NCBI GenBank assembly: GCA_965367755.1
Contig: CBDUKH010000001.1
Location: 1-64,000, forward strand
Reading direction: 5' to 3'
Origin: an uncultured Rhodothermales bacterium
GTDB lineage: Bacteria > Bacteroidota > Rhodothermia > Rhodothermales > JABDKH01
DNA length: 64,000 nt
The notes below the pieces were generated by a model, which was not told where the DNA came from, searched no databases, and was given only the letters and a program-made list of their open reading frames with translations. A program made the translations under genes and the position numbers. Shown here in pieces: positions 59,927-64,000 of the stretch (positions are counted from its first letter, which is position 1; every line of letters starts with the position of its first letter).

Positions 59927-60715
59927 TTATGCGTGGAGTTCACACGTCATTGTAGTGACTGCGCTACCTCCAATGCTTACCCTGTCTCCTACCATCGCGA
60001 CATCCAGCGTTCCACCTCTGGAAGACAACTGCCGCGCACGAAGTGAGTCTTTTCCAAGTTTGGCAGACCAGTAGGGTGTCAGGCAACAATGCGTCGAACC
60101 CGTGACCGGGTCTTCCAGAATACCAAACCGGGGTGCAAAATATCGTGATACAAAATCAAACTCGGTAGTAGATTCTGCCGTAAGAATCAGACCTCGAACG
60201 TCGAGAGCACTAATAGCAGAACTGTCTGGAACGAAGGAAGCGAGTGCATCTTCAGACTCCACTTCGACGAGATAGTCTAATCTGTTTCGACCGGCCGCAA
60301 CGATTTTCTGACCGACAGCGGCTTGCAGTTTTGCCGATGGCTCAATAGGCCGCGCAGGTTCCGAGGGGAAATCGAGAAAAACCTTCTCGTCGTCGACCTT
60401 CGCTGAAAGAGTCCCACTTGCTGTATTGAATAGAATCTGTCTGCCCCGCTTCTCCCTCCCGGTTTCTACCAGGACATGAGCAGATGCAAGCGTTGCATGA
60501 CCGCAAAGGTCTACTTCGGCGGCCGGTGTAAACCATCGGAGATGATATGCTCCATTTCCTCTAACCAGAAATGCCGTCTCCGATAGCGCCATTTCCGATG
60601 CGACGTTTTGCATCCAGTTGTCGGCGGCAAGTTTTTCAAGGATACAAACACCTGCAGGATTGCCACCAAAAGGCTTTGAACTGAATGCATCGACCTGATA
60701 AATGGTCACTGACAT
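59927..60715 (-). CDS. PhzF-family isomerase (phenazine biosynthesis-like protein)
   Basis: 262 aa with an N-terminal IYQVDAFSSKPFGGNPAGV and the catalytic-region motif ETAF...GHATLA of PhzF/DAP-epimerase-like enzymes. Confidence 0.8.
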   Translation of the reverse strand: MSVTIYQVDAFSSKPFGGNPAGVCILEKLAADNWMQNVASEMALSETAFLVRGNGAYHLRWFTPAAEVDLCGHATLASAHVLVETGREKRGRQILFNTASGTLSAKVDDEKVFLDFPSEPARPIEPSAKLQAAVGQKIVAAGRNRLDYLVEVESEDALASFVPDSSAISALDVRGLILTAESTTEFDFVSRYFAPRFGILEDPVTGSTHCCLTPYWSAKLGKDSLRARQLSSRGGTLDVAMVGDRVSIGGSAVTTMTCELHA

Positions 60716-60791
60716 GTTCCAATGCGATTTTCTTTCAAAACGACGTACGATTGTCTAATTTTACGAATTGCGGTAGCCAACTTAATGCGCA

Positions 60792-61937
60792 GTGTACGAA
60801 TTAATTAAACCCTTCCTCTTCAGGCTTGGTCCGGAAGTTGCCCACTCCGTGGTAGCCGGATCCATTAAAGCGACACAGCGGATATCGCCGTCGCTGGTCA
60901 AACCGGTATATGCGTTTGACAAACCTGAACTGAAGCAATTTCTGTGGCGCATCTTTCTATCCAATCCTGTTGGACTTGCTGCGGGCTTCGACAAGAATGC
61001 TACGCTGATACCGTTCATGAGTGCGCTGGGCTTCGGGTTCGTTGAAGTCGGCTCCGTGAGTGCAAGGCCAAGTAAAGGCAATCCGAGACCACGACTTTTT
61101 CGACTTGAGAGTGATGAAGCGCTCATCAACAGAATGGGACTGAATAATCATGGAGCTGAGAGAATCTCGCGGCGATTGTCTGGTATCGTCAATAAAGGTT
61201 ATGCACCCATCGGCATTAATCTTGCCAAAACACATGATCCTGATATAGTAGGTGCCGCAGCTATCGACGACTTTCGAGAGAGCTTCAGACTCCTGGCACC
61301 GCTCGGATCGTATGTAGCGTTGAATATCTCATGCCCCAACACCCGGGAGGGCACAACGTTCGAAGATCCCGGCTCGCTAACGGAACTGTTGGATGCCATT
61401 TTTGAGATGCGTCGCGAAATGAACAGTGAGGTCCCAATCCTCGTTAAATTGTCACCGCCGCTAACAGAAAAGGTAGTTTTTGACAGTCTCGTGGAAGAAA
61501 TCGTCTCCGTGTGTATCGAGAAAGGCGTCCACGGATTGATCGCATCAAATACCGCTCCCGATCGCACGGGGTTGACGACTTCACATGCGAAGCTGGACAA
61601 GATTGGCAACGGTGGCATGAGTGGGAGGCCGATTTTCGCCAGGTCCACCTTTCTGGTAAACTATTTACACACACGGGTTCGAGGAAAAATGCCTATCATC
61701 GGAGTCGGTGGTGTCGACTCGGCCGAATCTGCGTTTGAGAAGATTCTGGCTGGCGCCTCACTTGTTCAAGTGTATACAGGACTCGTATATCGTGGTCCGA
61801 AACTGGTAAAGAAGATAAAGACCGGGCTATTTCAGGAGATAAAAAAACACGGCTTTGCAACGATAAAAGAAGCCGTCGGAGCTGGCACCGAAATTATTCA
61901 GGAAGTAGCTTCCGACAATGCCAAAGCCGTTGGATAA
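60792..61937 (+). CDS. pyrD: dihydroorotate dehydrogenase (quinone), class 2
   Basis: N-terminal membrane-association helix, then GLAAGFDKN, NRMGLNNHG and GVGGV FMN-binding motifs. 381 aa. Confidence 0.85.
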   Translation: MYELIKPFLFRLGPEVAHSVVAGSIKATQRISPSLVKPVYAFDKPELKQFLWRIFLSNPVGLAAGFDKNATLIPFMSALGFGFVEVGSVSARPSKGNPRPRLFRLESDEALINRMGLNNHGAERISRRLSGIVNKGYAPIGINLAKTHDPDIVGAAAIDDFRESFRLLAPLGSYVALNISCPNTREGTTFEDPGSLTELLDAIFEMRREMNSEVPILVKLSPPLTEKVVFDSLVEEIVSVCIEKGVHGLIASNTAPDRTGLTTSHAKLDKIGNGGMSGRPIFARSTFLVNYLHTRVRGKMPIIGVGGVDSAESAFEKILAGASLVQVYTGLVYRGPKLVKKIKTGLFQEIKKHGFATIKEAVGAGTEIIQEVASDNAKAVG

Positions 61938-61950
61938 CCAGTAGAAATAT

Positions 61951-63831
61951 ATGCCAGCATTAGTCAAGTTCGACACGATCCCTGAGCTATTCTTGCGCAT
62001 TACCGAGCACTATCGTTCGAAGAATGTGCCGGCACTTGCGTACAAGGACAAAAAGACAAAAGAGTGGGTCAACATAACCTGGGAGGAACTCGAATCCCTC
62101 GTTCATTCTTTTGCCGGCTATCTGCATTCGATGGGATTCAAAGCCGGCGACAGGATTGCGATACTTTCTGAGAACCGACCCGAGTGGGCAATAGCCGACC
62201 TTGCCACACAAATTCTGGGTGGCATAAATGTTTCGCTTTACACATCACTTCCGGCATCTCAGGTAGAGTACATCCTTAACGATTCGGGGGCCTCTATTTT
62301 TGTAGTATCAACCAGCCTCCAGCTGAAAAAAGCCGAGGAAGTTTTTGATGCGTGTCCAGACTTACAGCAGATAGTGACGATGAGCGAGATGCGCAAAGAG
62401 CATCCACCGTATGTTACTGCATGGGAAGATGCACTGGAGGCGGGTCGACATATTTGGGAAAAAAATTCAGAGTCTCTTTCGGCTATTGCCGGTAATACCA
62501 AACCCGGCGATCTGGCTTCGCTGATATATACTTCTGGAACGACAGGCAATCCTAAAGGGGTCATGTTGACACACGAGAACCTGTGCACGAACACGCAGTC
62601 TGCACTCGACCTTGTACAGTTCGGTCCAGGCGACAGGCACCTCTCATTTTTACCATTGTGTCATTCGTTCGAGCGGACGGGCGGCTATCTGGCAGTGATC
62701 GCAGCCGGAGCACATATCAGTTATGCCGAAAGCATCGATACTGTTGCTCGCAACTTACCGGAAGTGCGACCGACGCTGATGATTTCTGTGCCGCGGTTGT
62801 TTGAAAAGATGTACAATGCAATCATAAAGAATGTCGCCGACGCGTCCACGCTTAAAAAAACAATTTTTGACTGGTCGTTGACCAGCGGCCGCAAGGCAGC
62901 CTCAGCCGCCAAGAACGGAGGGGTTGGTCCTATCCTGAAGCTTCGGAAGGCGATAGCACACAAGCTGGTTTTTTCAAAGTTGCATGACAAGCTCGGTAAC
63001 AACTTGCGTTTCGCGGTATCCGGAGGCGCGGCGTTGCCGCGTGATATCGGAGAGTTTTTCGAAGCCGCGGGTATCAAAGTAATTGAAGGTTACGGACTCA
63101 CCGAAACGTCTCCGGTCCTTACCCTGAATCCGATCAACGATCCTCGATATGGCACTGTCGGTAGAGTAATCCATGGTGTAACAATAGCAATCCAACGACT
63201 TAGCGATGGCGCCATAGTCGGACAGGTCGAGGGCAGTGATGTCAACTCCAATCTCACATCGGAAGAAGGAGAAATAATTGCGCGTGGCCCAAACATCATG
63301 AAGGGTTACTGGAACAACGAAGCCGCTACTCGTGAAGCAATCGACGCGGATGGATGGTATCACACCGGCGATGTCGGACGGTTTAAGGATGGGTATCTAC
63401 AGATTACGGATCGCATCAAACATATGATCGTCTCTAAGGGAGGCAAGAATATCTATCCCGGTCCTATCGAAGACGCTCTGAAGCAATATGGTCCCATTGA
63501 TCAGATTCTGGTCGTCGGAGAAGGCCAAGACTACCTGGGTGCACTCGTTGTCGTTGACATTGACATCCTGAAATCGTTCGCGCACGAAACCGGTGTCAAG
63601 TACACCGATGAGGCCGCGCTTCTTGAAACTCCGGAAGTGCAGAAACTCTTCGAAACCGAATTCAAGCGCTACTCCAAGGGTGTGGCCTCGCACGAGAAAA
63701 TCAGGAGATTCAAACTTATCCTGGATGGTTTCACTGTCGAGAACGGACTATTGACGCCGACACTGAAACCACGACGAAAGGCAATAACTGCACACTACGC
63801 CGACGTCATCGAAGAGATGTACGCATCATAA
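61951..63831 (+). CDS. long-chain-fatty-acid--CoA ligase (AMP-dependent synthetase/ligase, FACS type)
   Basis: AMP-binding signature YTSGTTGNPKGVMLTHEN, and TGD and GWYHTGD motifs. 626 aa. Confidence 0.8.
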   Translation: MPALVKFDTIPELFLRITEHYRSKNVPALAYKDKKTKEWVNITWEELESLVHSFAGYLHSMGFKAGDRIAILSENRPEWAIADLATQILGGINVSLYTSLPASQVEYILNDSGASIFVVSTSLQLKKAEEVFDACPDLQQIVTMSEMRKEHPPYVTAWEDALEAGRHIWEKNSESLSAIAGNTKPGDLASLIYTSGTTGNPKGVMLTHENLCTNTQSALDLVQFGPGDRHLSFLPLCHSFERTGGYLAVIAAGAHISYAESIDTVARNLPEVRPTLMISVPRLFEKMYNAIIKNVADASTLKKTIFDWSLTSGRKAASAAKNGGVGPILKLRKAIAHKLVFSKLHDKLGNNLRFAVSGGAALPRDIGEFFEAAGIKVIEGYGLTETSPVLTLNPINDPRYGTVGRVIHGVTIAIQRLSDGAIVGQVEGSDVNSNLTSEEGEIIARGPNIMKGYWNNEAATREAIDADGWYHTGDVGRFKDGYLQITDRIKHMIVSKGGKNIYPGPIEDALKQYGPIDQILVVGEGQDYLGALVVVDIDILKSFAHETGVKYTDEAALLETPEVQKLFETEFKRYSKGVASHEKIRRFKLILDGFTVENGLLTPTLKPRRKAITAHYADVIEEMYAS

Positions 63832-64000
63832 TAAGTACCGCTAAATTTTTGACGGCGGGCGATCAGTCACACCGCACGCGTACTCACTCCTTTCCATGGA
63901 TTCCAACGTATCAGTTACGCGAGTCGGCAAGAGATGGAAGTTGTCTGCCGAAGTTACAGTCCGTGAAAACATCAACGACGTGTTCGATTTTTTTTCGGAC

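Noticed and set aside
1-64000. Scanned for rRNA, tRNA, CRISPR arrays and IS elements (transposases, terminal inverted repeats).
   Set aside because: No cloverleaf-compatible sequences, repeat-spacer arrays or transposase-like ORFs were found. The only periodic repeats are the short heptamer (37828) and 12-mer (48095) arrays, reported separately.

Overview
This is a ~64 kb chromosomal segment of about 50% GC, and it looks bacterial and FCB-group-like (Bacteroidota/Balneolota/Rhodothermota). The evidence for that is a short 279-aa primary sigma factor lacking region 1.1, a GH3-family protein, patchy Shine-Dalgarno use, and a TTGACA-N17-TATATTTG promoter upstream of a marR gene. Many proteins carry Asp/Glu-rich tails, which may indicate halophily. 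Most of the window is housekeeping. In order: a CorC/HlyC-family protein (5'-partial), floA, moaC, moaA, dtd, rdgB, rpsU, a fused E2-E1 2-oxoglutarate dehydrogenase (Kgd/OdhA-like), an SDR epimerase, rlmD, a cNMP-binding protein, a BamA-family Omp85, an M23 peptidase, uvrA, an NfeD-flotillin pair, rpoD, a GH3-family protein, folP, cdaA, pcm, an M19 dipeptidase, deoB, ftsX, pheA, argS, a bactofilin, marR, rodA-mrdA, phzF-family, pyrD and an acyl-CoA ligase. I found no rRNA, tRNA, CRISPR array, transposase or integrase. The accessory content I would look at first is listed below.

- **Secreted-fibre operon (23754..29303):** five tightly packed minus-strand genes encoding three paralogous small secreted subunits, a two-Ig-domain chaperone-like protein, and a 1076-aa beta-barrel protein with CarbopepD-like and LysM domains. 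It resembles a chaperone-usher system, but none of the proteins is a canonical fimbrial family member.
- **MscS plus giant NTPase (33248..37827):** an MscS-family channel is translationally coupled to a 1101-aa P-loop (STAND/AAA-like) protein.
- **Paralogous giant outer-membrane proteins (30196..33144 and 56767..59844):** each combines an HExxH domain, a TolB-like propeller and a C-terminal barrel.
- **Orphan EutN/CcmL pair (43077..43672):** two tandem microcompartment vertex genes with no shell genes nearby.
- **Rad52-like annealing protein plus P-loop gene (20545..21766):** sits between uvrA and the flotillin operon with no other phage genes.
- **Conserved ~40-nt GGGGAGGAGGAGTGGTGGCCCCCGC element:** present in two intergenic regions 47 kb apart.
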